In this document: one piece after another, positions 19,006-28,725 of the stretch
Position numbering within the stretch: the first letter of the stretch is position 1
Layout: every line of letters starts with the position of its first letter
Assembly: GCA_048882325.1 (NCBI GenBank)
Contig: JBHLRS010000003.1
Coordinates: forward strand, 32,001-96,000
DNA length: 64,000 bases
Direction of reading: 5' to 3'
DNA from: Candidatus Thorarchaeota archaeon
GTDB taxonomy: Archaea > Asgardarchaeota > Thorarchaeia > Thorarchaeales > Thorarchaeaceae
Translations under genes and position numbers: made by a program
Notes under the pieces: model-generated
Seen by the model: the letters and a program-made list of their open reading frames with translations, nothing else
What the model was told of the DNA's origin: nothing
Databases searched by the model: none

Positions 19006-19140
19006 TTAACTTGAGTGAGCTTTTGGAGGCCTTTGAAAATTAACAATCTCGATCTTACTTAGGTCCTCGACCAGGTGTCCCTCCCCGCGGTACTTGATTC
19101 GTGTGAGGTAAGCTCGAGTATAGAGCCTAGTTGCCTTCAT
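19006..19140 (-). CDS. Putative 44-aa small protein MKATRLYTRAYLTRIKYRGEGHLVEDLSKIEIVNFQRPPKAHSS
   Basis: Fills an intergenic gap; TATA-like CTTAATAT ~25-30 nt upstream; pyrimidine tract after the stop. Confidence 0.5.
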   Translation of the reverse strand: MKATRLYTRAYLTRIKYRGEGHLVEDLSKIEIVNFQRPPKAHSS

Positions 19141-19215
19141 AATAGTCGGACGTTATCTGCGTAATATTAAGTGCATGGGTTAGAAATTGTTAACTCTCAA
19201 GCTTTGGCGCCAATC

Positions 19216-19740
19216 CTATGAATCCCGAAAAAGTTCCAGATAGTCTGTGTCTACAAATTGCCCATCAATATAGTACTTTTCGTGAGCTGTGCCATAATGT
19301 TTGAACCCAATTTTCTCATAGACATGTAAAGCTCGAGGATTATGGGAATGCACAGCTAGCTCAAGTCGTCTCAAATTTAGGTGAGTCCAAGCGAAATCAA
19401 TTAACAATCTCATTGCTTCGCTCCCATACCCCTTGTTCCAATTCTTTTCCTCATAAACTGCAATTGCGAGTTCCCCTGATCTTGAAAGCCAATCAATCTC
19501 ATACACGACTAAAGACCCAATCATTATTGCCTCAGGAATTTTCTCGATAGCAAGATGGAATCCTTGTCTTTTCTTGATCAATTCACTTACAGAACCGATC
19601 CACTCCTTTTGCATACTTCTAGTGGTTGGCATGAAGCTTCCTAGCAGAACTCTCATCTCGACATTATTGACATGCTCCATCATGTAATCGAGATGGCGCT
19701 CCTCAATTGGTACTAACTGAACTTCGGAACCTACAAGCAT
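19216..19740 (-). CDS. GNAT acetyltransferase, RimJ/RimL family
   Basis: WNKGYGSEA, LNLRRLEL.V...N.RA..VYEKIGF. Confidence 0.9.
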   Translation of the reverse strand: MLVGSEVQLVPIEERHLDYMMEHVNNVEMRVLLGSFMPTTRSMQKEWIGSVSELIKKRQGFHLAIEKIPEAIMIGSLVVYEIDWLSRSGELAIAVYEEKNWNKGYGSEAMRLLIDFAWTHLNLRRLELAVHSHNPRALHVYEKIGFKHYGTAHEKYYIDGQFVDTDYLELFRDS

Positions 19741-19849
19741 ATTATACACCTCTCTGTAAACTTGGGCTTAGTATGTTTCAATAAGAGTTGGCTAGATTAG
19801 GAACTTTCGATAAGCTCGTTTATCTTTTGATTATCCTAACCACGGAATC

Positions 19850-19959
19850 GGACCAAACTCATGGTCCAAATATGTTAACGGTTCATTTGATTTACAGTGT
19901 TAATTTCTCTGAATTAGCTATGAGTCATTATTGACGTTTAGAAGGCAAACATTTTATCC
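19850..19959 (+). promoter_or_regulatory. hdrA1 promoter region with an inverted repeat and TATA box
   Basis: GGACCA-N6-TGGTCC at 19850-19867; TTTTATCC at 19952-19959. Confidence 0.5.
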
Positions 19960-20004
19960 CCCAATTTGATTTGCCATTGATATCTCCATCGGAGTGACAG
20001 AACA

Positions 20005-23000
20005 ATGGCAGAGTCCATATCGAAGCCGGCTGTCGTAATCGGTGCCGGTATCTCAGGAATGCGTGCCGCGCTTGACCTCGCTGAAATGGGAGTCAAGGTG
20101 TTCCTAGTTGAAAAACAGCCATCGATTGGGGGTCACATGTCGCAGTTGGACAAGACTTTCCCTACTCTTGACTGTAGTATGTGTATTCAAGGGCCTTGGA
20201 TGGTCGATTGTTCACGGCACCCGAACATTGAGATTCTTGCATATTCAGAAGTTACTGAAGTAACTGGTAAGCAGGGCGATTTTACAGTCAAAGTCCTGAA
20301 ACACACCCGCAGAGTAGATTCTGAGAAATGCACAGGATGTGGAGATTGCCAAAGAGTCTGTCCTATTGAGGTGCCAAATGAGTATGACCTTGGTCTCAAG
20401 ATGAGAAAGGCTGCATACATTCCTTTTCCACAAGCAGTTCCAAACATTGCCACAATTGACAAAGAGAACTGCATCGAGTGTATGGTCTGTGAAAAAACAT
20501 GCAAAGCTGAAGCTATAGTCTTCGATATCGCTGACGAAACTATGATAATAAATGCAGGGTCAATTATTGTAGCCACCGGATACGATCTCCTAGACCCCTC
20601 CACTGTTCCAGAGTATGGCTATGGTCGTTTTCCTAATGTTGTCAGTGCTTTGGAGTATGAGCGAATGGTTTCAGCCAGTGGTCCAACTGAAGGGGTTGTC
20701 ATGCGACCCTCTGATGGTCGCGAGCCCCACCGAATAGCATTCATACAATGTGTGGGCTCAAGAGACGTCAACCATTGCTCCTACTGTTCAAAGATATGTT
20801 GTACATACGCTACTAAGGAAGCAATTATCACAAAGGAACATACTCCTGAAGTACACATTGACATTCTCTATAATGACCTGCGGGTTTTTGGTAAGGGCTT
20901 TGAAGAGTTCTTGGTCAGAGGCGAAACTGAATATGCGATTAACTACATGAAAGGAATTCCAAGTGAGATTCAGGAGGAATATGGCACAAAGGATCTCATT
21001 GTCCGTCATAGTGATGCAAAGGGTCACAGTGTCCTCGTTGACAAGTATGACCTCGTGGTTCTCTGTCCTGCGATGGTTCCTTCTTCAGACACAAAGCTGT
21101 TTGAACAGCTTGGTATCCAAACAGATGAGTCTGGATTTGTTCAACCAGATATGAAGTCTCTAATGATTTCTGAAACGGGTGTGCCAGGGATTCATATGTG
21201 TGGGTCCGTTCAAATGCCTAAAGATATCCCCGACTCTGTCGCTCAAGGTAGCGCTGCAGCAGCTCTAGCTGCATTGGACATATCTATTCCTCAAGGTGAA
21301 GAAACAGAGGCCCTCACAGAAGAAGATCTCGAACTCATTGCCGCTGAACCACGTATTGGTGTAGTCATCTGTTCATGTGGAATCAATATTGCAGGGACGG
21401 TTGATGTTGCAGAAGTCACCCAGTATGCTAGCACATTACCAAATGTAGTCTACTCGGAGAACCTACTCTATTCTTGTTCATCAGATGCTCAAGACGTAAT
21501 TAAAGATGCAATACATGAACACAAACTAAATCGTTTGGTCGTAGCCTCGTGCACACCAAGAACCCACGAACCACTGTTCAGAGCTACTATTGAAGAAGCT
21601 GGACTGAATAAGTATCTATTTGAACTTGCTAACATTCGGGAACATTGTTCCTGGGTTCATCAATCTGACAAAGACGAAGCAACCGCAAAAGCTATGGATC
21701 TGGTACGGATGTCGGTTGCTAGAGCAAAGCTTCTAGAGGCTCAGGAGGAGGCAGTAACACAAATCGAACCCACGGTTCTTGTCATTGGAGCTGGAGTTGC
21801 TGGCATGGCTGCCGCTGAGGTGATAGCTAAGAAGGGCTTCAATGTCTATCTTGTTGAGAAGCAAGACAGAGTCGGAGGTTTTCTAAATGAACTAGCAACA
21901 GTCAACTTCGATAATAGACCTGCTTCGGAGATTGTTGCTGACTATGAAGATAGGATCACAGGTAGGGACAACGTCACGGTCATGTTGAATTCAGAGGTTG
22001 TTGAAGCGAAGGGATCAATTGGAGAGTTCGAGGTTGTTGTCAAGACTGGTGGAAAGAAAGAAACACTTACCGTTGGTATTGTAATTGTTGCCACTGGTGC
22101 TGTTGCGTTGGAGGAGAAGGGTCTCTATGGTCTCCAGAAGCTCCCTGAGGTCTTGACTGAGGTTGAGTTCAATCAACGAGTTGAGAGTGGAGAAGGTATT
22201 GAAGACGGTGAGACCTTTGCTATGATTCATTGCGCTGGTTCTCGTGAGGATGCATCGCTTGAGGGATCTCGCACTTGGTGTTCCAGTATTTGCTGTACGG
22301 TCGCTATTGAACACACGCTTGAGCTGCTAGAGAAGTATCCTAATTCGAGGGTGTTTCACTTCTACCGAGACCTTCGAGTTTTCTACGATGCTGAAGACAA
22401 GTATCGAGAGGCACGAAAGAAGGGGGTTGTGTTTGTCAGATTCGATGCTGATTCACCGCCTAAAGTCAAGAAAGGCTCTGAGAAATCTCTGAGTGTCACT
22501 GTCATGGATCAGGTACTCGGAGCTGAACTTACAATTGATGTTGATCATGCAGTGCTTGCCACTGCTATGGTACCTCGACCAAACAAGGAACTCTCTGAGT
22601 TGTTCAAAGTCCCCTTGAACCTGTCAGGATTCTTCATGGAGGCACATCCAAAACTCAGACCCGTTGACTTTCAGACTGATGGTGTATTTGTCGCTGGTAC
22701 TGCCACAGCTCCCAAGAACATTGCAGAGTCTATTGCTGAGGGTCAGGCTGCAGCCTCAAGAGCACTCATTCCACTCATCAGAGGAATCAGGAAGGCTGAA
22801 GCCATCGTTTCGGTCGTTGACCCAGAAATCTGTGTTGGCTGCGGAACCTGTGAGATCAACTGTGCCTACAACGCTATCGAAGTTGTTCCAGGTGATGGTA
22901 GTCATGACTATGCAGTGACCAACCCTGTTCTCTGTCAGGGTTGCGGAAAATGTGGCGCAGGGTGTCCTGCTGGTGCTATCACCATGAAGCACTTCACGGA

Positions 23001-23460
23001 TGACCAAATCATAACCCAGATTCGTACAGCCTTGGAGGACATGCCTGCCAACGACTCAAGGATTCTGACAGTCCTCTGTAATTGGTGTTCATATGCTGGG
23101 GCTGACAGTGCAGGCGTTTCACGTTTCCAACAACCGCCAAATGTGAGGGACATAAGGGTGATGTGTACAGGAAGAGTGAGTGTTCAGCATATTCTGGAGG
23201 CATTCAGGCTTGGTGCTGACATGGTATGGATTTCCGGGTGCCACATTGGGGATTGCCATTATGTTGACGGTAACATCTCATTCGAAAGACGATTTGCCAT
23301 TGCAAAGAAAATCATTGAGAAAGCCGGGCTTGAACCTGACCGACTCCAGTTCACTCACATCAGTGCAAGTGAGGGGTCGATATGGGCAGACACTGTTAGA
23401 AAGTTTGCTGACCTTGCCGACAAGCTCGGACCTAGTCCATTGAAATCTGGGAGGCGATAA
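20005..23460 (+). CDS. hdrA: Tandem HdrA-HdrA-MvhD fusion flavoprotein
   Basis: Two GxGxxG FAD modules, TFPTLDCSMC, CSCG/SCTP domain, C-terminal ferredoxin, MvhD motifs CNWCSYAGAD, RVMCTGR, GCHIGDCHY. Confidence 0.93.
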   Translation: MAESISKPAVVIGAGISGMRAALDLAEMGVKVFLVEKQPSIGGHMSQLDKTFPTLDCSMCIQGPWMVDCSRHPNIEILAYSEVTEVTGKQGDFTVKVLKHTRRVDSEKCTGCGDCQRVCPIEVPNEYDLGLKMRKAAYIPFPQAVPNIATIDKENCIECMVCEKTCKAEAIVFDIADETMIINAGSIIVATGYDLLDPSTVPEYGYGRFPNVVSALEYERMVSASGPTEGVVMRPSDGREPHRIAFIQCVGSRDVNHCSYCSKICCTYATKEAIITKEHTPEVHIDILYNDLRVFGKGFEEFLVRGETEYAINYMKGIPSEIQEEYGTKDLIVRHSDAKGHSVLVDKYDLVVLCPAMVPSSDTKLFEQLGIQTDESGFVQPDMKSLMISETGVPGIHMCGSVQMPKDIPDSVAQGSAAAALAALDISIPQGEETEALTEEDLELIAAEPRIGVVICSCGINIAGTVDVAEVTQYASTLPNVVYSENLLYSCSSDAQDVIKDAIHEHKLNRLVVASCTPRTHEPLFRATIEEAGLNKYLFELANIREHCSWVHQSDKDEATAKAMDLVRMSVARAKLLEAQEEAVTQIEPTVLVIGAGVAGMAAAEVIAKKGFNVYLVEKQDRVGGFLNELATVNFDNRPASEIVADYEDRITGRDNVTVMLNSEVVEAKGSIGEFEVVVKTGGKKETLTVGIVIVATGAVALEEKGLYGLQKLPEVLTEVEFNQRVESGEGIEDGETFAMIHCAGSREDASLEGSRTWCSSICCTVAIEHTLELLEKYPNSRVFHFYRDLRVFYDAEDKYREARKKGVVFVRFDADSPPKVKKGSEKSLSVTVMDQVLGAELTIDVDHAVLATAMVPRPNKELSELFKVPLNLSGFFMEAHPKLRPVDFQTDGVFVAGTATAPKNIAESIAEGQAAASRALIPLIRGIRKAEAIVSVVDPEICVGCGTCEINCAYNAIEVVPGDGSHDYAVTNPVLCQGCGKCGAGCPAGAITMKHFTDDQIITQIRTALEDMPANDSRILTVLCNWCSYAGADSAGVSRFQQPPNVRDIRVMCTGRVSVQHILEAFRLGADMVWISGCHIGDCHYVDGNISFERRFAIAKKIIEKAGLEPDRLQFTHISASEGSIWADTVRKFADLADKLGPSPLKSGRR

Positions 23461-23461
23461 G

Positions 23462-23980
23462 ATGACAGAGTCCTGGGGTCAATTCAAATCATTCGAGGGA
23501 AAGAAGTTCAAAGGACTGGATGCTGAGTTCACAAATGAAGTATCCAAATTGATTGGAGGCCAAGACCTAAGTGCCTGTTTCCAGTGCGCTAAATGCAGTG
23601 CAGGGTGTCCTGTTTCAGATAAGGTAAATATCCAGATTCATGAGGTCATGCGTATGCTCCTCTTTGGTTTCAGAGAGGTGCTTGATACCGACATGGTCTG
23701 GTTGTGCACAACCTGTTACACATGTCAGGAGCGCTGCCCTCAGGGGATTGACATAACTGATATCCTGTTTGGTCTGAAGAACATGGCTTTCAAGAAGAAG
23801 ATAACACCTGCGGGATATCTAGGTGCCCGACAGTCACTCTACGACACAGGACGACTCTACGAACCCACAGAATGGGAGCGTGATGACCTTGAGCTCGACC
23901 CAGTCCCTGAACTGAATGTTGCGGACACAAGGAAAGTGCTAGACAAAATGAATCTCATGAAGCTAGAGGAGGACGAGTAA
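23462..23980 (+). CDS. hdrC: Heterodisulfide reductase subunit C (copy 3)
   Basis: CFQCAKCSAGCP, WLCTTCYTCQERCPQG. Confidence 0.92.
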   Translation: MTESWGQFKSFEGKKFKGLDAEFTNEVSKLIGGQDLSACFQCAKCSAGCPVSDKVNIQIHEVMRMLLFGFREVLDTDMVWLCTTCYTCQERCPQGIDITDILFGLKNMAFKKKITPAGYLGARQSLYDTGRLYEPTEWERDDLELDPVPELNVADTRKVLDKMNLMKLEEDE

Positions 23981-23981
23981 G

Positions 23982-24857
23982 ATGACCCAGAGCTACGAAG
24001 TCTTTCTCGGTTGTGCAATCCCATCGAGATTCAACAATTATGAGTCATCAATGCGTGCTGTCGCGGAAGAGCTAGGCATTAAGCTGATAGACTTTGATGG
24101 AGCATCCTGTTGCGGTACAGTTGTACTCAAGTCGATTGATGAGAAAAGCTGGCTGTCAATGTCAGGTAGGAACATTGCACTCGCTGAAAAACGAGGACAT
24201 GACATAATTACGCCTTGCAATGGTTGCTTTGGATCTCTCAAGGATACCGACCATGTGCTTCATGATGACGAGGCCTACAGAAAGAAGGTCAATGCAGCTC
24301 TCAAGCCACTGGGTCTGGAGTATACAGGAAAGGTAAAGATTCGACACTTTGTCGAGGTTCTCTACGACTTAAAGGAGGAGATTGAGAAGAAGATTGTCAA
24401 ACGGCTAGATGGCCTCAAGGTTGCATTTCATCCAGGTTGCCACCTTATCCGACCCTCCAATGTCGCAGGATTTGATGATCCTGAGCTCCCAAGAAAGGTA
24501 GACGAGCTGATTGAGCTGACTGGAGCCAAGAGTGTGCATTGGGACATGAAACTTCGTTGTTGTGGCTCTCCCCTACTTATCGCAAGTGAGGAAGTGGCAA
24601 CAAGGATACTCCGAGAGAAGATGGTTTCTGCAAATGGTGCGGGTGCAAACTGCGTTGTCACAAACTGCCCTGCATGTCACACTCAATTCGATATCCAGCA
24701 GTTAGGTCTTCAGGATGATGACGGAAACTCGCTTGAGCTGCCTGCACTGTTCGTAACTCAAGTCCTGGGTGTTGCAATGGGAATTGGTCCTGAAATATTG
24801 GGATTTGAGCTAAACAGGGTATCACTAGACCCAATCAATGAAATACTTGGAATCTAG
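23982..24857 (+). CDS. hdrB: Heterodisulfide reductase subunit B (copy 3, divergent)
   Basis: FLGC, CCGT, CNGC, HPGCH, CCGSP, CPAC. Confidence 0.9.
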   Translation: MTQSYEVFLGCAIPSRFNNYESSMRAVAEELGIKLIDFDGASCCGTVVLKSIDEKSWLSMSGRNIALAEKRGHDIITPCNGCFGSLKDTDHVLHDDEAYRKKVNAALKPLGLEYTGKVKIRHFVEVLYDLKEEIEKKIVKRLDGLKVAFHPGCHLIRPSNVAGFDDPELPRKVDELIELTGAKSVHWDMKLRCCGSPLLIASEEVATRILREKMVSANGAGANCVVTNCPACHTQFDIQQLGLQDDDGNSLELPALFVTQVLGVAMGIGPEILGFELNRVSLDPINEILGI

Positions 24858-24858
24858 G

Positions 24859-25431
24859 TCACTTCATCTTGCTGTCACCATAGAACAGCTGTCCTAGTTT
24901 CTTCATGGCATCTCGGACACATTCTCGCTTGCCGCTGACCTGAAGGTGTCGTTCTCCATCAAGGGAAATGTTTACCATGCAGTGTTCCGCAATTTCAGAT
25001 ATTATCTCCACAGGGATATCTTCAGGCAATTTAATCCGGAAGAACCCAACTTGTTTATCTCTAGGAATGTCTGAGATGTGCACCTCTGGTTCTGGCTTAT
25101 ACTCATCGCTCTCTCCTTTGAGGGCCTTGTCAAATCGGGTTTCCCACGAGTTCCTGTACTCGACGCCTTCTTTCTCCTCAGCCCAAGTCATGAGAGCATC
25201 TCGAAGTCTTTGGATTTGGACCTCCATCTCCATTTGAAGTCGATCATCTTCCTCACATTGTGACTGTGATCTAATCTCACTCTCAAAGGAGCGCAGATAC
25301 TCCAGACTCATCTTGGAGTTTCGGAGGTCTGCATAGGTCAGGTCGGGGATGAATACATCTAACTCTTTCAAAGCCCCAAGCAGGTCATTTAGGACCCTCC
25401 AGCCTGCTAGAAGTCCATCCAGTGAAACCAC
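24859..25431 (-). CDS. DUF2096-like archaeal protein
   Basis: W.VL.DL...L N-terminus; RIKLP and VSG...V..AMKK C-terminal domain; follows hdrA. Confidence 0.7.
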   Translation of the reverse strand: MVSLDGLLAGWRVLNDLLGALKELDVFIPDLTYADLRNSKMSLEYLRSFESEIRSQSQCEEDDRLQMEMEVQIQRLRDALMTWAEEKEGVEYRNSWETRFDKALKGESDEYKPEPEVHISDIPRDKQVGFFRIKLPEDIPVEIISEIAEHCMVNISLDGERHLQVSGKRECVRDAMKKLGQLFYGDSKMK

Positions 25432-25434
25432 TGT

Positions 25435-28400
25435 TTACTCCCTCAGCATTTCTTCAGTTTCTTCTAGGATGCTCTTCTCACGCCACCAGCGAAGGTCACG
25501 AGCTCCTGTTGGACATATAGCACAACACGCACCACACCCCTCACAGCGCATCTCATCAGTGACACTCTTCTTCACACCAGGTTCAACTTCCATCATTGAA
25601 ACTGCGTCATAGGGACAGATATCTGAATATCGGCATAGGTCGCATCCCACACATAGTTCCTGGTCAACTTCTGCTGTGAGTAGCTCAATCTCCACAGTAC
25701 CCAAGTTCAATGGTATACATGCTTCGCTTGCTGCCCCTCTTGCCTGATTGATTGAGTCACCAATATTCTTGGCATAAGTAACACCAAGAAATACACCTGG
25801 GACAGTGGTCTCTACAGGTTTGTACTTCATATGCATCTCAGCCAAGAATCCGTCCTGACCACGGTTGATTCCCATAGCCTTCACAAATTCATCAACATCG
25901 TGGGGTGCCTCAAGTCCAAGTGCCAGCACGACTAGTTCTGACTTGATCTTGAATGTTTCTTGAGCGAGTGTGTCATAGACAGTTACTATGGCTAAATCAC
26001 TATCTGGATCTTTCTCGACAGTTACAGGCTTCTCACGGTCCCATCTCAGGTAACCAACACCATTCTGCCTGTTTTCACGCCACATCTCTTCCATTCCCTT
26101 GGCGAATGGTCGAATGTGTTCCTTGTATGCTGAGAAGATTTTGATGTCTGGGAACATCTCCTTGAGCTCATGCTGCATTGCCAATGTAGCAGAACAGCAT
26201 ACTCTAGAACAATACCTATTACCTTCTCCTGGATTCTGTCTTGAACCTACACAATGAATGAACACCGGGTTCTTTGGTGGTTTCTTTATCTCTCCATTTC
26301 TCAATCGTCGTTCTAGCTCAAGAGTTGATATCACACCTGGAACTTCGCCCCATCCATATTCTCCTTGCTTTGGTTCATAGACATCTGACCCTATAGTGAT
26401 CACCATTGAACCAATTCGATGAACTGTTCGTTCACTGGTTTCAGTGTTCTGTACAGTGATATCATAATTCCCGTAAGAACCATCTCTCCTAACTACCTTT
26501 GAGTTAAGGAGGACTTTGATTCGTTTGTTTTTCTCGATTTTTGCCACAAGGTCTTCCACAATATTCTGCGCAGACTCCAGAGCAGGGAAGACATGATATA
26601 GCTCATTGAGTCTTCCACCAAGTTTGTCTGTTTTTTCTACTAGAACCACATTGAAACCTTTCCGAGCAATGTCTAGTGATGCTGTCATCCCTGAAACGCC
26701 ACCACCAACCACCATGGAAACAGGAGTGACCTCGACTCTCTTCAATGGGACCTCCTCGTTGTTGATTGCCTTTGCAACAGCGCTTCTAATCATGTCCTGT
26801 GCTTTTTCTTGCCTGACCTCTGGGTCCTCATTCACATGAACTAGTGCTAGATGCTCACGTAGACCCACTGGTCCCACCAAGTAGTATCCGGATAGACCTG
26901 CAGCCTCCAGAGCCCTTCTGAATGTTGATTCATGTTGTAGAGGTGAGCAAGACCCAACAACCACACGATTGAGTTTGTGCTCTTTTATGGCGTCAGTTAC
27001 AAGTTGCTGACCAGGGTCACTACACATGAAAATATAGTCCGTAGCATACACCACATTTGGTAGGTCCTTTGCCCACTCAGCGAGACCTGGTGAACTTATT
27101 TCATTACCAATAATCCCGCCGCAATGACACACAAAGACTCCCACTCGAGGTTCATCACCAAGATCTGCAGGTGGTATCTCAGGTACAGGTTCTGGTGTGG
27201 GAACGGGCAGGATAGAATGTGCTGCCATTGCAGCTCCTTTCCCCTCATTCACACTATCCGTTCCATCTCTTGGTCCATGAGCACAACCAGCGACGAAAAT
27301 ACCAGGCCGGTTTGTTTCAAGCGCAGAAGCATTGGGATGCTTTTCCTTCACCCATCCTGCTTCATCAAGGTCAATTTTGAGAATCTTTGCCAGCTCAGCG
27401 GCACCTTCACTAGGTCTAAAACTGGCATTGAGTACAACCATGGAGATATTGTCAATCTGGATTATTTCACCAGTGTCTGTGTTCTCCATCTTCACAAAGA
27501 GGTCGTGAGTATCTGGGTTTTCCTGAATCTCTGAAACTCTACCTCTTACGAAATTGATTCCTCTATTCTTCTGAGTGTCCCAGAGAAACTCCTCTAATGC
27601 CTTGCCAGCAGTCCTCATGTCCATGTATGTGTAGATAATCTCGCAGTGATCTTCTGGGTAGTGCATCCTTGTCACCTGTGCCAGTTTGAGGCCAAATGAA
27701 CAACACACCCTGTTGCAGTGTTGACTATATCCACTGATATTCTCTCGGACGTCTCTACTTCCAACACAGTTCACAAACAGAATCTTCTCAGGTTCCTTAC
27801 CATCCGACGGTCTCACCATATGCGAATCAGTTGGGCCAGTTGGATGACTTTGTCTATCGTACTCCATTGTAGTAACGACATTTGGGAATATTCCGTAACC
27901 ATACTCACTGTAATCCAGTGGTCTGTATTCCTGAAATCCAGTAGCCATGATGATCGAGCCAACATTGAGATCAAACACATTGTCCTCATCATCATACATG
28001 ATACAGTCCTGTGGACACACGGACGCACAAGTTCCACAACCGATGCATGAATCCCTATCGATCGTGGCTATCAATGGAATTTGCTGTGGAAAGTTCATGT
28101 AGATAGCTTTTCGAAGTGAAAGTCCCTTGTCATATTCATTTGGCACTTCAACAGGACATGAACGAATGCATAGTTGACAGCCTGTACATTTTTTCTCATT
28201 GACATAACGAGCTTTCTTCCTTATTGTTACAGTGAAGTCTCCTTCCTTTCCAGTCACCTTTTCTACAGTTGACAACGGATGGACCGTGATGTTCGGATGT
28301 TTGCCCACAAATGACGTGAGTGGGGTCATGACGCAAGCTGAACATTCCAGCGCTGGAAAAATCTTGTAGATAGCCACATAGTTTCCACCAATATTGACTG

Positions 28401-28539
28401 ACTTCTCAATCATATGGGCATGATGACCGCCATTTGCTAGTCCTAGTGAAGCATTGATTCCAGCCATGCCTCCTCCAATGACAAGGACATCTGTTGGCTT
28501 GGCTTTATGTTCTGGTTTCTTGGCTGACTCGCTGACCAT
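25435..28539 (-). CDS. hdrA: Tandem HdrA-HdrA flavoprotein without MvhD
   Basis: Two FAD modules, FPALECSAC, CHCG/SCSP domain, C-terminal ferredoxin; start reassigned to MVSES after a GGAG SD. Confidence 0.92.
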   Translation of the reverse strand: MVSESAKKPEHKAKPTDVLVIGGGMAGINASLGLANGGHHAHMIEKSVNIGGNYVAIYKIFPALECSACVMTPLTSFVGKHPNITVHPLSTVEKVTGKEGDFTVTIRKKARYVNEKKCTGCQLCIRSCPVEVPNEYDKGLSLRKAIYMNFPQQIPLIATIDRDSCIGCGTCASVCPQDCIMYDDEDNVFDLNVGSIIMATGFQEYRPLDYSEYGYGIFPNVVTTMEYDRQSHPTGPTDSHMVRPSDGKEPEKILFVNCVGSRDVRENISGYSQHCNRVCCSFGLKLAQVTRMHYPEDHCEIIYTYMDMRTAGKALEEFLWDTQKNRGINFVRGRVSEIQENPDTHDLFVKMENTDTGEIIQIDNISMVVLNASFRPSEGAAELAKILKIDLDEAGWVKEKHPNASALETNRPGIFVAGCAHGPRDGTDSVNEGKGAAMAAHSILPVPTPEPVPEIPPADLGDEPRVGVFVCHCGGIIGNEISSPGLAEWAKDLPNVVYATDYIFMCSDPGQQLVTDAIKEHKLNRVVVGSCSPLQHESTFRRALEAAGLSGYYLVGPVGLREHLALVHVNEDPEVRQEKAQDMIRSAVAKAINNEEVPLKRVEVTPVSMVVGGGVSGMTASLDIARKGFNVVLVEKTDKLGGRLNELYHVFPALESAQNIVEDLVAKIEKNKRIKVLLNSKVVRRDGSYGNYDITVQNTETSERTVHRIGSMVITIGSDVYEPKQGEYGWGEVPGVISTLELERRLRNGEIKKPPKNPVFIHCVGSRQNPGEGNRYCSRVCCSATLAMQHELKEMFPDIKIFSAYKEHIRPFAKGMEEMWRENRQNGVGYLRWDREKPVTVEKDPDSDLAIVTVYDTLAQETFKIKSELVVLALGLEAPHDVDEFVKAMGINRGQDGFLAEMHMKYKPVETTVPGVFLGVTYAKNIGDSINQARGAASEACIPLNLGTVEIELLTAEVDQELCVGCDLCRYSDICPYDAVSMMEVEPGVKKSVTDEMRCEGCGACCAICPTGARDLRWWREKSILEETEEMLRE

Positions 28540-28632
28540 GGGAACAATCTCCAAGGTGACGTAGTTACTGAAGCTCCAGCGGGGCGAGAGATATAATCTT
28601 TCTGTCAGGGCCTTCACAGCGTTAATTCGAAT

Positions 28633-28649
28633 GTTTAGAACACGTGTTC
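28633..28649. promoter_or_regulatory. Palindrome upstream of hdrA2
   Basis: Perfect 12-bp palindrome GAACACGTGTTC (28638-28649) overlapping GTT-N3-AAC. Confidence 0.45.
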
Positions 28650-28725
28650 CAATATCAACACGGAATACAATCTAGGGATAATCAAAAAGAAAGGCAAAAG
28701 GAGGATTCTATTCGTCTTCCCTCTT

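Noticed and set aside
19020-19170. Possible tRNA or other ncRNA in a GC-richer gap
   Set aside because: No cloverleaf or T-loop motif; better explained by the 44-aa ORF.
20005-28539. Selenocysteine forms of HdrA/MvhD, which are known archaeal selenoproteins
   Set aside because: Both ORFs are uninterrupted and the usual Sec positions (DCSMC, ECSAC, CNWC, GCHIGDC) are Cys codons.
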